Shown: positions 10,024 through 19,609 of the stretch, one piece after another
Position numbering within the stretch: the first letter of the stretch is position 1
Layout: each line of letters starts with the position of its first letter
Source: an uncultured virus (IMG/VR IMGVR_UViG_3300028454_001266)
Lineage: Duplodnaviria > Heunggongvirae > Uroviricota > Caudoviricetes
IMG/VR virus record: IMGVR_UViG_3300028454_001266
Length of the DNA: 64,000 nucleotides
Direction: 5' to 3' (one strand)
The notes under the pieces: model-generated
What the model was told of the DNA's origin: nothing
Database searches by the model: none
What the model saw: only the letters and a program-made list of their open reading frames with translations
Translations under genes and position numbers: made by a program

Positions 10024-10827
10024 TTAGTGGTGCTCGCGCCAGTAGTCTTCTGCATCCTCAAAATCGAAGAAATCGTCCCAGTGATCCTCATAAAAGGACT
10101 CTTCATCGCTGTAATCGGCTGCATGGTACGGATCAGAGTCCCCACTGGAGTGTGAATTTGATGAGTGTGACGGCGAAGATGGATAAGGCACTGATGTGTT
10201 AACCTTATCTCGTGAGTCCCAGACTTGGATTACCTTGCCTTCCATGCAGCGAGCCGTAAATATCAGGTGCCCGTTGATGTAAAAATCATATAGGTTGCAT
10301 TTGTAGATTTCTCCGCTCTTAACTTGATTGTTATGCCTTACATTGCTGGATGGTGCGCCGAGTGACGTATCGGCAATGCGCGACTCCGGCATACCGACAA
10401 ACGGAACGCCAGTTCGGATGCTGCGTTCGTACTCCGCTTGCTGACGGATGCGCTCTTGCTCCATATAGATATCATATTGTGCTTCAATCCGTTCCACAGA
10501 AGCGAGGACAGTTGCATTTTGCTCCTCGGATAGATGCTGGAAATTCAAACTGGAAGCGTTTCTGTGCGCACTTTTGTAATCACCGTTCGCAAAATCTGTC
10601 TGGGCATTGCAGTAGCGACGGAGGGAAGCTGAATCCATATATTTATCTTCGATGATCGAGTCCAGCAATATGGTTGCATCCTCAAACTGATTGGAGAAAG
10701 CGAGGGATACAGCTTGATTATATGTGTTCTGAACGTGGTTCTGATGAATGATGCTGCGAACAATGAGACCACCAAACCACAGAAAGACTACAATCGTGGC
10801 AATAGTGAGAAATGGATGCTTTTTCAA
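10024..10827 (-). CDS. Membrane-anchored hypothetical protein with acidic aromatic C-terminal motif
   Basis: N-terminal TM helix; C-terminus DPYHAADYSDEESFYEDHWDDFFDFEDAEDYWREHH; TTG start at 10827 with GGAGG. Confidence 0.65.
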   Translation of the reverse strand: MKKHPFLTIATIVVFLWFGGLIVRSIIHQNHVQNTYNQAVSLAFSNQFEDATILLDSIIEDKYMDSASLRRYCNAQTDFANGDYKSAHRNASSLNFQHLSEEQNATVLASVERIEAQYDIYMEQERIRQQAEYERSIRTGVPFVGMPESRIADTSLGAPSSNVRHNNQVKSGEIYKCNLYDFYINGHLIFTARCMEGKVIQVWDSRDKVNTSVPYPSSPSHSSNSHSSGDSDPYHAADYSDEESFYEDHWDDFFDFEDAEDYWREHH

Positions 10828-10922
10828 CGCGATCACCTCCAATCCGTTTTACACGTTTTACATACCATAGCATGTCTATTGTACTATTTTCCGTACAATA
10901 GACATGCGAGTTTGTCCGTTGG

Positions 10923-12107
10923 CTATTTGGCGTCGTATCCTTTCCGAGCACATTGTCTACACTCGCCGATGTTTACGCCGCCAAATCCAACGCAAGTCAT
11001 TTCAGAGCTCTCCTTGATCTGTCCGCAGATGGAGCACTTCACCCATCGCCGATCATATTTGTCAAAGAGCGGTTCCTTCGATGCTTCGTCAAAGTTCATG
11101 ACAATCCGCTCATACTCCGCATCAAGATCATTCTGAGAGGGACCACGCTGGGCCGCTTGCTGGCTGCGTTGCCTTTCAAGCCGCACTTGCATATCAAATT
11201 CCTGCCGACGTGCAAGCTCAAGCCGAGCATCATTCCTTGATCGAATGGACGTCAATTTGCGTTCCATGTCCTTGGGATCAGCGTAAAAGTCCTGTTTGCT
11301 CTCGTACCCAACCTTTCCGAGACAGAGACAGCTTCGACACTCGCCAACATTAAAGGAACAGTATGAGCATTCTTCGGGCGAGACAACAAACTGACCGTTC
11401 AAGCATCCCTTGTGTAGAGGACAGAGGTACTTGCCTCCGACTGTTTCGGGCGCATATGCGGCAGATTGGTATTTCTCCCACCACTGCTCAACGGATCGAT
11501 TGAACACCCATTTTGCGTCAGAACCGTTCAAAAGAAGTGACTTAAGGGATTCCGGATCAAAGAACTCTTCTTTGCTTATGTCTGGGACAGCATATGATAA
11601 GCAGGCATACCCTGCTTCTTTGGCTTCCGCAGCTAATCTCTGATAATCCTGCTCATCGTAGTAGTTGCTGAAGTCCAACAGTATCCTGATTTGACCCCCT
11701 TTTGACGTCACAAGCAGCGAAGGAGGATATGCGAGCTGCCCGCACTCGTAGGAGACTGCATCCAAGCTGATTTGCTTTTTGTCCTGAATCAGTTCAGATC
11801 GGGCCCACGCCGGAAAGCGAAGCTCAGCGGGAGGAAGTGTAATCTGACCCAGCTTCTCCAGAGTGTCAGCTACAGCCCTGTAAATAGCCACCTCGCTTGC
11901 GTACATACACTCGTAGTTTGACTCGTGGGCGAAATGATGCCGCCTCTGAGTCCCTTTTCTCGCCTCAAAACGGCCTCCGCAGGCGGCGCATTTGCACCCG
12001 CAGGCGAGGCCACTCGTCACTTCGGAAATGTGCTTGAGATCGCCAGTTACAGAATCAACACCGTAATAAATATGGGTGGCGCTTCTTTTCTTGATGTTCT
12101 CAGCCAT
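10923..12107 (-). CDS. CoiA-like Zn-finger protein, nuclease motif apparently degenerate
   Basis: GLACGCKCAACGGRFEARKG..RRHHFAH N-terminus; further Cys clusters centrally and at the C-terminus. Confidence 0.65.
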   Translation of the reverse strand: MAENIKKRSATHIYYGVDSVTGDLKHISEVTSGLACGCKCAACGGRFEARKGTQRRHHFAHESNYECMYASEVAIYRAVADTLEKLGQITLPPAELRFPAWARSELIQDKKQISLDAVSYECGQLAYPPSLLVTSKGGQIRILLDFSNYYDEQDYQRLAAEAKEAGYACLSYAVPDISKEEFFDPESLKSLLLNGSDAKWVFNRSVEQWWEKYQSAAYAPETVGGKYLCPLHKGCLNGQFVVSPEECSYCSFNVGECRSCLCLGKVGYESKQDFYADPKDMERKLTSIRSRNDARLELARRQEFDMQVRLERQRSQQAAQRGPSQNDLDAEYERIVMNFDEASKEPLFDKYDRRWVKCSICGQIKESSEMTCVGFGGVNIGECRQCARKGYDAK

Positions 12108-12137
12108 ACTTTGAGTCCCTTCCTGTCTGTGTTGTTC

Positions 12138-13094
12138 TCAAGTGTTTATGCACCGTGGGCAGAGAACCGTCCCGTCTTCGTGCAACTCCTGCATGATTCG
12201 AGGGTAGCAACAGTAAAAATATCGGCCAATTCGGTCAATTTCACGGTTCCTGCGGCGCTCGGTAATCAGATTGTACTTGCATCTTTCGCAGTTGCCGTTA
12301 TGCCAGTCTCCTGTGATCTTGCATCTGTACCAGCTTACAGGATTGCCCTTTATCCTGCCGCACTTTGGCTCATAGGGACGATTCTCCGAAAGGAAACGGT
12401 TGAATCTTGCCCGCTTATTCAGCATTATCATGGTGCGCCCATCTTCGGAGAAGAGGTCGGGGAGAAAATGATCGTCTATGATTATAGTCCTGTAGTCGGC
12501 GCTGTTGCCATCGGGGATTGCCCAGTCCACGTTTGCGAGCCAGTCGAACGTCTCGTCGTACTCCTTGCCGGTTAGTTGCAGAATCAAAGCAACGTGAGGG
12601 CTGTTTTGCGGAACAATGCAGCTGATCGAGTGAAACGGGTGTTTCCAGTGCAGCTTCTCATCGCTCTCTCCGGCAAATTCGATTACCTTGCCGTGATACT
12701 GCTCGGTGACATCAAATACCCAGATGAGATCGTATCCTGCGGCCGTGTAGAAGCTGTTCCGCTGTTGGACTTCATCCAGCGTAATGGGACTGTGCTGAAA
12801 CTCAATCACGAATCTGCCAATCTGGACATCTGCGCGATGTGTTTCGCCGTCATGGGTTATTACGACCTCGCGGTTGCCTTCCGGAAAGCGATCCTGCCAT
12901 TCCTTATGCCATTCAGACATATCATAGTGCCATGCATCCGAACAAGAGGATGCTTGATGCGCAAAATGCCATGCGTTATATTCGCCCTGCCTTGGAATCA
13001 CTTTGTTTCCGCATACCGGGCAAAAATAGTCGTCACCCTTTATCGCGTCTTCAGCGTGAACTCTCACGCGATCTTTACTTATGGCGTATTCCAT
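12138..13094 (-). CDS. CoiA-family PD-(D/E)xK nuclease
   Basis: CPVCG...WHFAH, MSEWHKEWQ, HRADV...IEFQHSPI. Confidence 0.8.
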   Translation of the reverse strand: MEYAISKDRVRVHAEDAIKGDDYFCPVCGNKVIPRQGEYNAWHFAHQASSCSDAWHYDMSEWHKEWQDRFPEGNREVVITHDGETHRADVQIGRFVIEFQHSPITLDEVQQRNSFYTAAGYDLIWVFDVTEQYHGKVIEFAGESDEKLHWKHPFHSISCIVPQNSPHVALILQLTGKEYDETFDWLANVDWAIPDGNSADYRTIIIDDHFLPDLFSEDGRTMIMLNKRARFNRFLSENRPYEPKCGRIKGNPVSWYRCKITGDWHNGNCERCKYNLITERRRNREIDRIGRYFYCCYPRIMQELHEDGTVLCPRCINT

Positions 13095-13233
13095 ATCAAA
13101 CCACTCCGTTTGTATTCCTGAGGTCTATTATACGACAACACTTATCAGCAGACCAGCCCCATACGGCATATTGCAGTTCCGGCAAGTGTGCCCGTTTGCC
13201 TGAGGGAAAGGTCTTCACGACTCGGGTTTATCG

Positions 13234-13776
13234 CTATGTTTCCCCGCCTAGCGCCTCAATCTTATCTCTCAGATCGTCCATCAGCTCCTCGACTTCTTCA
13301 CACTCGTTTTCCCATTTCTCGTACTCTTCGGATTCATCGTCCTCCGGCTCTTCGTCTTCGAGCTCGCTGTACCGAGCCTCTACTTCCTCGTAATATTTCC
13401 TGAGCGCCGCCAGATCCATGTTCTCGGTATCCGGCACCTCCCGGAGTGTTAGCTGCTGTCCTTCCGGCGCGTTGGCGTCAAAGGTCATAACGATCTGGTG
13501 GAGTCCATTGCCAATGCGCGTCCGCTCGTAAACCTTGTTGCCGTTGTCATCGTACACATGGTATTTGGCGTAAAAATCGTCTATTGCTTTGACGCAGGCC
13601 TCCGCGTTGTTCTTGCTTGAGATGAGTTCCTTCAGCTGCTTCTCCCATTCGGGGATATCAACGCCGAAAACTTCATCAAACTCCTCCAGCTTCTCCATGC
13701 GCTTCTCAGGACTGTCAAGCAACGGCAGTAATTCGGCATAGAGTTTCAAAACAGTGTTTTGCATTTCGCCTGTCAT
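13234..13776 (-). CDS. Highly acidic hypothetical protein
   Basis: 180-aa ORF; C-terminus LEDEEPEDDESEEYEKWENECEEVEELMDD. Confidence 0.65.
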   Translation of the reverse strand: MTGEMQNTVLKLYAELLPLLDSPEKRMEKLEEFDEVFGVDIPEWEKQLKELISSKNNAEACVKAIDDFYAKYHVYDDNGNKVYERTRIGNGLHQIVMTFDANAPEGQQLTLREVPDTENMDLAALRKYYEEVEARYSELEDEEPEDDESEEYEKWENECEEVEELMDDLRDKIEALGGET

Positions 13777-13839
13777 AAAAGTTCCGCCTTTCTTTGTACT
13801 ATAGTCGTTTGTTTTACCTATACGTTTGAGTGATCCAAG

Positions 13840-14829
13840 TTACGGGCGGCAGTTCCCGCAAGCATGGTATCCGGCTGCCAAGGCCTCCTCGCGGGTTTCA
13901 AACAGCACGCGGTTCTTCTCGGCAGGAAGATTCGGGCAGGTCGGCAGGTGGAATACCAGCGACTTCTTGTTCCCAATGTACCCATCCACGGTGGGCTCTG
14001 GTATACTGACAGCGGTTTCAGCGCGCGTGCTGTCGCCAGTAGCATAGTCGATGGCGATTCCGGGCTGCACATTGAAGGCAAAGGCACAGAGCGTGATGCT
14101 CGCTCCAGCATCCTCAACGGACAGAGCCTCTATCAGCACGCCGCGCGCTACGAGGTCATCGCCTTCGAAGATTGGCGTTGCCCGGTACAGCACATGGTTT
14201 CCGGTTCGACGGATGTACCCCGCAACCTTGTTCTCGATGGGAAGCATGCCCTCCGTGTTCAAGTACCGGGTGCCTGTGATCAGGTTGCGCACGTTTGCGT
14301 TCTCACCGGTAAGCTGGTAGCCGATCAGATGGCAGCGGTTGTAGAGGTATCGATCTTCAATCAGGTCATCATAGCGCACGGTATGCCATCCGGAGGGGCG
14401 AATCATACCGATGGGGCCGCGCTCCTCGGTGGGCATAAGGTCGATCCCAACGCATGCCGTGGCGGGGCCGCAGCGTCCGAGACTGTCAAGAGGGCTGTAC
14501 TGCTCAAAGGATTCAGCTTTCAGCTCAGAGTCCGTGAAATATGGCCTTCCATCGTTTACCTCGACGTAAGCGGCACCGGAATAGTCCGGGATGTCATCGA
14601 TACTGAACCACTCTGGCAACACATCGCTGCCTGCGGGCTGGTCACTCGAAGGTTCCTCTGCGTCGGCAGGTTCGGGGATCAGGACAACCACGGGGGTGTC
14701 ACCCGTGCTCGGCGGCGTGGAAGCCTCCGTCGCAGCCGGTGTGCCGGACGGGTGGAACTGGGCAAGCGTGCAGGAGAGAAGCAGGAGCACGGTGAGTGCC
14801 GAGCAAGCAAGCGTATATCTGGCTTTCAT
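13840..14829 (-). CDS. Secreted DNA/RNA non-specific endonuclease (EndA/Endonuclease_NS_2-like) with C-terminal Ada-like metal-binding domain
   Basis: Signal peptide; LDSLGRCG, YNRCHLIG, NLITGTRYLN..GM..E; C-terminal YIGNKKSLVFHLPTC...GYHACGNCRP. Confidence 0.88.
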   Translation of the reverse strand: MKARYTLACSALTVLLLLSCTLAQFHPSGTPAATEASTPPSTGDTPVVVLIPEPADAEEPSSDQPAGSDVLPEWFSIDDIPDYSGAAYVEVNDGRPYFTDSELKAESFEQYSPLDSLGRCGPATACVGIDLMPTEERGPIGMIRPSGWHTVRYDDLIEDRYLYNRCHLIGYQLTGENANVRNLITGTRYLNTEGMLPIENKVAGYIRRTGNHVLYRATPIFEGDDLVARGVLIEALSVEDAGASITLCAFAFNVQPGIAIDYATGDSTRAETAVSIPEPTVDGYIGNKKSLVFHLPTCPNLPAEKNRVLFETREEALAAGYHACGNCRP

Positions 14830-14862
14830 TGGATAATCACCTCCAGTGTGGATTTCATTGCA

Positions 14863-17823
14863 TCAGGGGTACAGAACCTTGTCCAGAGCGTTAAATGCCG
14901 CCTCAATCGCGGATTCCCGGCTCTTGTAGAGCTCATCGCAGAACTTCGAGTCGATTGCGTACTTCCACTTGTTGCCTTCTGACAGCTTGTAGAGCACGAT
15001 GAGATGATCCTTGATTTTGAGATAGGCATTTCCGTTCTTGGACTTTTTCCACTTGCGCCTTTGGAAGTTTTCCTTCCGCGCCGTCCGATTCCTCAGGTCG
15101 CGCTCTCGTTTCCGTGCGGCTTCGATGTCGCCCTCCATCTTGCCAGCGCAGATGCACCCGGCACTAAGCGGTCGATAGTTCGGGTGGATCATGTGGTGGA
15201 CATACCGGATAATTTGATGCCCGCACATCTCGCAGATGTCGGCAGGCTCTCCCAGATCCGTTATTCCAGTGCAGATCCAGCCGCTGTGCGGCACGTCATC
15301 CCGCTTCCAGAGGTTGTCGGCATCCTTCAGGCGAGCAAGCAGGGCGGGGTCCAGATCAACATCCGCTGCGGGAACCGCTTTGCCCTCACCGATTTCAACG
15401 ACTTCTTCCTCGTCCTCCTCCGTGGCAGGTACAGAAATCACCTCGACTGTCTCAAAGCTGCCTTCAGTTGCCGTTTCCTCCGGCATGTCAGACACCGGCG
15501 TGGGCTGGCACTGTCGGGTAATGACCTCAAGCTCTCGGTCGGGCTCACTTTCTATCTGCTCAAATGACTGTTCAGGCAGCATCTCAAGCGGTGGAACATC
15601 CTCTGGTTCCTTGCTCTTTGCAACCCTCTGCATGATTGCCGGAGTCTTGTGCTCCTCCTTGAAGTAGTCCACAGAGAGGTTCCGTGGCATCTTCATGTTC
15701 TCAAACTGCACCTTGACGGTTCTCTGCTTCGGATCGGTAGCTATGATCCTGCCTGTGCCGAATGCGTGGTGCGTTACAATGCTCCCGACGTCGTATTCGC
15801 TCTGAGCCGGAAGATCGAAGTCCGCATCCAAGCGGTGGGAGTACGCACGGCTCTCCATGTCGAGTTCTTTGGAGATGACACCGATTCTGGAGTAATTCTC
15901 AGGCCCGATCTCCCGAAGGAACCGCGAGGGGAGCTTCTTGATCCCGTTTTGGGACTGGCCCTCGGAATCCATCAGGTAGAGCTGCTCCTCAGCGCGGGTA
16001 ATGGCCACATAGCACAGCCGACGCTCCTCTTCGAGACCATAGAGCTTGCGGTCTTCGATGGTTTTCGCCGAGGGGAATATGCCTTCCGTAAAGCCGATCA
16101 CAAAGACGACCGGGAACTCCAGACCCTTTGCCGCGTGGATCGTCATCAGCTTTACGGCATCCCGCGCCTGCTCCTTGTCCTCGCCGGCCTGGAGCGCGAT
16201 TTGCTGCAAGAACTCAGGCAGAGTGAGGTTTTCACCGAAATTGCTCTCAAATTCGTCAGCAATGCGTTTGAACTCCATCAGGTTCTCGTACCGCTCCTCG
16301 TCGCCGAGCTCACGGATGTACTCTTCATATCCGCTTTCCACAGAAACACGGTTGACGATTTCTGTGATACGCATTTTATCTACGTTTGCCCGGACGCCAT
16401 CAATCCATTGGACAAATGCCGCTGTGTCGCTGTTCTTGAAGGGATTTTCTGCGAGATGCGCGGAAAGCACGTCGAACAGCCTCGGCTGCGCCTCGCCGGA
16501 CTCCATCAGCACATCGCTTTCCTGCTGCTTCTCCAGCGCAGCCATCTTCATGCGTCCGAATCTCCGGCGTGGCTTGTTGATGATCCGCTTGAATGAGATA
16601 TCGTCGTTGAAGGCAATGAGCCGCAAATACGCGATCATGTCCAGCACTTCCATGCGTTGGTAGAACTTGACGCCGCCGTAGATCTCATACGGGATGTTTT
16701 GCTCAACGAGCTTGTTTTCCACCACGCGAGACAGAAAGCCGGAACGATACAGAATGGCATAGTCCGTATACTTGCGCTTACCGCTCTTGACTGCTTGAGC
16801 TATTGTATCCGCGATGATCTGATTCTCCGCTGCCTCGTCCTTGGAGTGATAGTGTATGACTGCCGGGCCGCTCGGAGACTGCGTATACAGATCCTTCTTC
16901 AGGCGGAGCACATTGTGGTCGATCAGAGTGTTCGCACATTTGAGGATCTGCGGTGTCGAGCGGTAGTTCCTGTTGAGGAAGATTGTCTGCGTCGGCTGAT
17001 GATGCTGGTCGAAGTCAATCAGCAGCTTCACGTCAGAACCGCGCCACTCGTAGATGTTCTGGTCGGGGTCGCCGACGATCATCAGGTTCCCGTATCCGCC
17101 AGAGAGGATATCGATCAGGCGCATTTCCCTTGAGGAGCTGTCCTGGAACTCGTCCACCTGTATGTAGTTCAGTCGATCCTGCCACTTGCTCCGCACCTCC
17201 TCGTCATTCTCCAAAAGGTACAGGGCGAAGCTGAGCAGGTCATGGAAGTCGAGCGTGCTGATAGCCTTCTGACGCTGCATATACTCCTCAACGATCTCGT
17301 CGTACAGAGTGCCGCCTTCTTGCCGGATGCGAACATTCTTTGGACTGCAAAACCGAGGAACATACGCATTGTACTCCAGTGACTTGTAGCCCCCGATTTG
17401 CTTGAGTATCTGCTCAAAGCTGGCATAATCGAGCTTCAGCTCGTGCTTCTGGTAGATTTCGCCAAGTATGCTCTTCTGCTGCGCCGCATCAATGATTTGG
17501 AAGTTTTTGGGGAGGAACAGCTTGCTCGCGTCCTCCCGCAGAAGGCGCGCGCAGAACCCGTGATAGGTGCAAATGAGGGAAGACGCATTCTCGTCTCCGA
17601 TCAAAGCGTGAATACGTTTCCGCATTTCACCTGCGGCTTTATTCGTGAACGTGACGCAGAGAATGTTCGCTGCGTCGATTCCATACTCCTTGACAAGATA
17701 GGAATATCGGCAGACAAGCAGCTTTGTCTTGCCGCTTCCGGCTCCCGCTATGACGCGTACAAAACCCTCGGTTTCCGAAACCGCCTCCAGTTGCTTCTCG
17801 TTAAGGCTCTCCAAATAGTCCAT
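14863..17823 (-). CDS. uvrD: UvrD/PcrA-family helicase with extra C-terminal Cys/His domain
   Basis: AGAGSGKT, VDEFQD, VGDPDQ, NYRST, TIHAAKGLEF, EEERRLCYVAITRA; Tudor-like CTD, acidic linker, then CEMCG...HHM..GCICAGKME domain. Confidence 0.92.
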   Translation of the reverse strand: MDYLESLNEKQLEAVSETEGFVRVIAGAGSGKTKLLVCRYSYLVKEYGIDAANILCVTFTNKAAGEMRKRIHALIGDENASSLICTYHGFCARLLREDASKLFLPKNFQIIDAAQQKSILGEIYQKHELKLDYASFEQILKQIGGYKSLEYNAYVPRFCSPKNVRIRQEGGTLYDEIVEEYMQRQKAISTLDFHDLLSFALYLLENDEEVRSKWQDRLNYIQVDEFQDSSSREMRLIDILSGGYGNLMIVGDPDQNIYEWRGSDVKLLIDFDQHHQPTQTIFLNRNYRSTPQILKCANTLIDHNVLRLKKDLYTQSPSGPAVIHYHSKDEAAENQIIADTIAQAVKSGKRKYTDYAILYRSGFLSRVVENKLVEQNIPYEIYGGVKFYQRMEVLDMIAYLRLIAFNDDISFKRIINKPRRRFGRMKMAALEKQQESDVLMESGEAQPRLFDVLSAHLAENPFKNSDTAAFVQWIDGVRANVDKMRITEIVNRVSVESGYEEYIRELGDEERYENLMEFKRIADEFESNFGENLTLPEFLQQIALQAGEDKEQARDAVKLMTIHAAKGLEFPVVFVIGFTEGIFPSAKTIEDRKLYGLEEERRLCYVAITRAEEQLYLMDSEGQSQNGIKKLPSRFLREIGPENYSRIGVISKELDMESRAYSHRLDADFDLPAQSEYDVGSIVTHHAFGTGRIIATDPKQRTVKVQFENMKMPRNLSVDYFKEEHKTPAIMQRVAKSKEPEDVPPLEMLPEQSFEQIESEPDRELEVITRQCQPTPVSDMPEETATEGSFETVEVISVPATEEDEEEVVEIGEGKAVPAADVDLDPALLARLKDADNLWKRDDVPHSGWICTGITDLGEPADICEMCGHQIIRYVHHMIHPNYRPLSAGCICAGKMEGDIEAARKRERDLRNRTARKENFQRRKWKKSKNGNAYLKIKDHLIVLYKLSEGNKWKYAIDSKFCDELYKSRESAIEAAFNALDKVLYP

Positions 17824-17862
17824 ACGCCACCTCGCTTTCGACCTACTTTGGCTGTTTTATCA

Positions 17863-17900
17863 AAAATACTCTTTCTACTGTCCCATAATCCTCCCTATAG
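17863..17900 (-). promoter_or_regulatory. Shared promoter motif, copy 1 (upstream of uvrD)
   Basis: Minus strand CTATAGGGAGGATTATGGGACAGTAG-aaagag-TATTTT; 26/27 identical to 39607-39633. Confidence 0.75.
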
Positions 17901-18122
17901 GAAAGTGATTCATAGAAAATGAGACCGCGAAATTGTGTCATACGACGAATTGTTGCGAAAAAGGTTGAGTTTGAAGGAAAAAGATGCTACTATACCCGAA
18001 CGAGATATACTCAGTTATTTTAGGCAAACCTCGATGCTCCGAGATGAAATGCCAATATTGCTTGCTGATTGTCGCGCATTGTGCGATAATATAGATCACA
18101 AACACAACTTTAGGAGGATGAA

Positions 18123-18395
18123 ATGAACAAGAACGAACTCATCAGCGCGATGGCCGAGAAGTCCGGCCTGAGCAAGAAGGACTGCGATGCAGCTCTGGCC
18201 GCATTCACCGGCTCCGTTGAGGATGCGCTCAAGGCGAGCGACAAGGTTTCTCTGGTCGGCTTTGGCACATTTGAGGTCAAGAGCCGCGCCGCACGCACGG
18301 GAATTAACCCCCAGACGAAGAAGCCTGTCGAGATTGCGGCTTCCAAGGCTCCTGCGTTCAAGGCCGGCAAGGCATTCAAGGACGCGCTGAACTGA
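18123..18395 (+). CDS. hup: HU family DNA-binding protein
   Basis: MNKNELI...VSLVGFGTF...RTGINPQT...PAFKAGKAFKDA. Confidence 0.97.
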   Translation: MNKNELISAMAEKSGLSKKDCDAALAAFTGSVEDALKASDKVSLVGFGTFEVKSRAARTGINPQTKKPVEIAASKAPAFKAGKAFKDALN

Positions 18396-18406
18396 ATAGA
18401 CGCAGG

Positions 18407-18437
18407 ACAAGCCCCGGATTCGGGGCTTGTTTCTTTG
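18407..18437 (+). terminator. Rho-independent terminator after hup
   Basis: ACAAGCCCCG-gatt-CGGGGCTTGT followed by a T-rich tail. Confidence 0.75.
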
Positions 18438-18563
18438 CGACGGACAGGAAATTGAGCAAAACCAACGCCATTGGGAGTATGTGACGCTATAGGAGCGTTC
18501 AGCTTGCACATCTCTTTGGATATACTTCTATTAGTATTATCTTTGACTGATAGGAGTGGCAGC

Positions 18564-18893
18564 GTGGATACGAAATTGATTGGGAAGCGGATTCAGGCGA
18601 TCCGAAAAATGCGCGGATACACCCAAGAACAGTTTTCCCAGATGGTTGATTTGTCTACAAACTACCTGAGCAACGTCGAGACCGGTATCAAAACTCCAAG
18701 TCTGGATACGCTCATTGCAATCATAAATGCCCTTCAATGTGATGCGAATGCTATTCTTGCCGATGTGGTAGATACAACTGTGTCGAAGGAGAGTGGCCTG
18801 ATCACAAAGGAGTTGGCTGAGCTGCCCCTTGAAGATCAGCGGCGAATTATGCGAGTAGTCGAGGCCCTGATCGACGATGCCAAACGTAAATAA
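18564..18893 (+). CDS. XRE-family HTH transcriptional regulator
   Basis: IGKRIQAIRKMRGYTQEQFSQMVDLSTNYLSNVETG...PSLDTL; GTG start with AGGAG RBS. Confidence 0.9.
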   Translation: MDTKLIGKRIQAIRKMRGYTQEQFSQMVDLSTNYLSNVETGIKTPSLDTLIAIINALQCDANAILADVVDTTVSKESGLITKELAELPLEDQRRIMRVVEALIDDAKRK

Positions 18894-18911
18894 CCCTTAT
18901 CTCCCTATATC

Positions 18912-18944
18912 TCCCTATGCGGCGACACGCATAGGGATTTTTTT
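18912..18944 (+). terminator. Terminator after XRE gene
   Basis: TCCCTATGCG...CGCATAGGGA-TTTTTTT. Confidence 0.75.
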
Positions 18945-19059
18945 GCGCATTCACCCATATTTCGACAAATTCCGCGTAAAACCTGTGCTATAAATAACGC
19001 TGTAAGGAGTAGATACACCTTGCAGGCAAATAATACCACAGTTATTAGGGGAAAGGGAG

Positions 19060-19311
19060 ATGGCAATGAGCAGTGAATTGACGCTTAAAGAGATCATGGT
19101 GGCAAGGCGGAGCATTCAGGAGAGCGCCCGGAGAAGCCGACAACCGCTTGAAAAGGTTCTTAACGAGATGAGGGATGGTATCGCTGAAGCAATGGCGAAC
19201 CCGGACCCGCAGGTTCGGGCAAAGTGGGCTGAGGCGCCGTTCGGAGGCAGAGTTCCCTCGCCAGAGGAGTTTGTTGCGTGGTGTGCAAGGCTTGTGGGGG
19301 AAGAAAAATAG
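19060..19311 (+). CDS. Small protein resembling the Spo0A C-terminal-like family
   Basis: EMRDGIAEAMANPDPQVRAKW...PSPEEFVAWCA resembles the Spo0A C-terminal KPTNSEFIA helix; RBS present. Confidence 0.5.
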   Translation: MAMSSELTLKEIMVARRSIQESARRSRQPLEKVLNEMRDGIAEAMANPDPQVRAKWAEAPFGGRVPSPEEFVAWCARLVGEEK

Positions 19312-19355
19312 CTGTTTTCTTTCCAACAAACTTCAAAGTAAGACGTCATAACTGG

Positions 19356-19390
19356 AAAACAGATCCTTATCTCTAAGGATCTGTTTTTTT
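19356..19390 (+). terminator. Terminator (possibly bidirectional)
   Basis: AAAACAGATCCTTA-tctc-TAAGGATCTGTTTT followed by Ts. Confidence 0.75.
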
Positions 19391-19609
19391 AGCGTGCTGG
19401 TTACCAAACTGCATTTTTCCTGTGTATATATAGCGGACAGTGAGAACGGCAACAAAGCACTGGCGATAATTACAAAACAGAAGCGCATTTTTTGTGAATT
19501 GTGACGTTTTCTCTCCGCTTGGTTAGCAAATGGCCACTTTCATTCGCAAGTAATAGGCGGACGCTGTAGGCCAAATCATCAAATCATTAAGAAAATGGAG
19601 GAAAGCACT

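Noticed and set aside
13127..13150. Imperfect palindrome TACGACA-n5-TATCAGCA overlapping a TATAAT box upstream of the CoiA gene
   Set aside because: Single degenerate instance that does not match the three-copy motif
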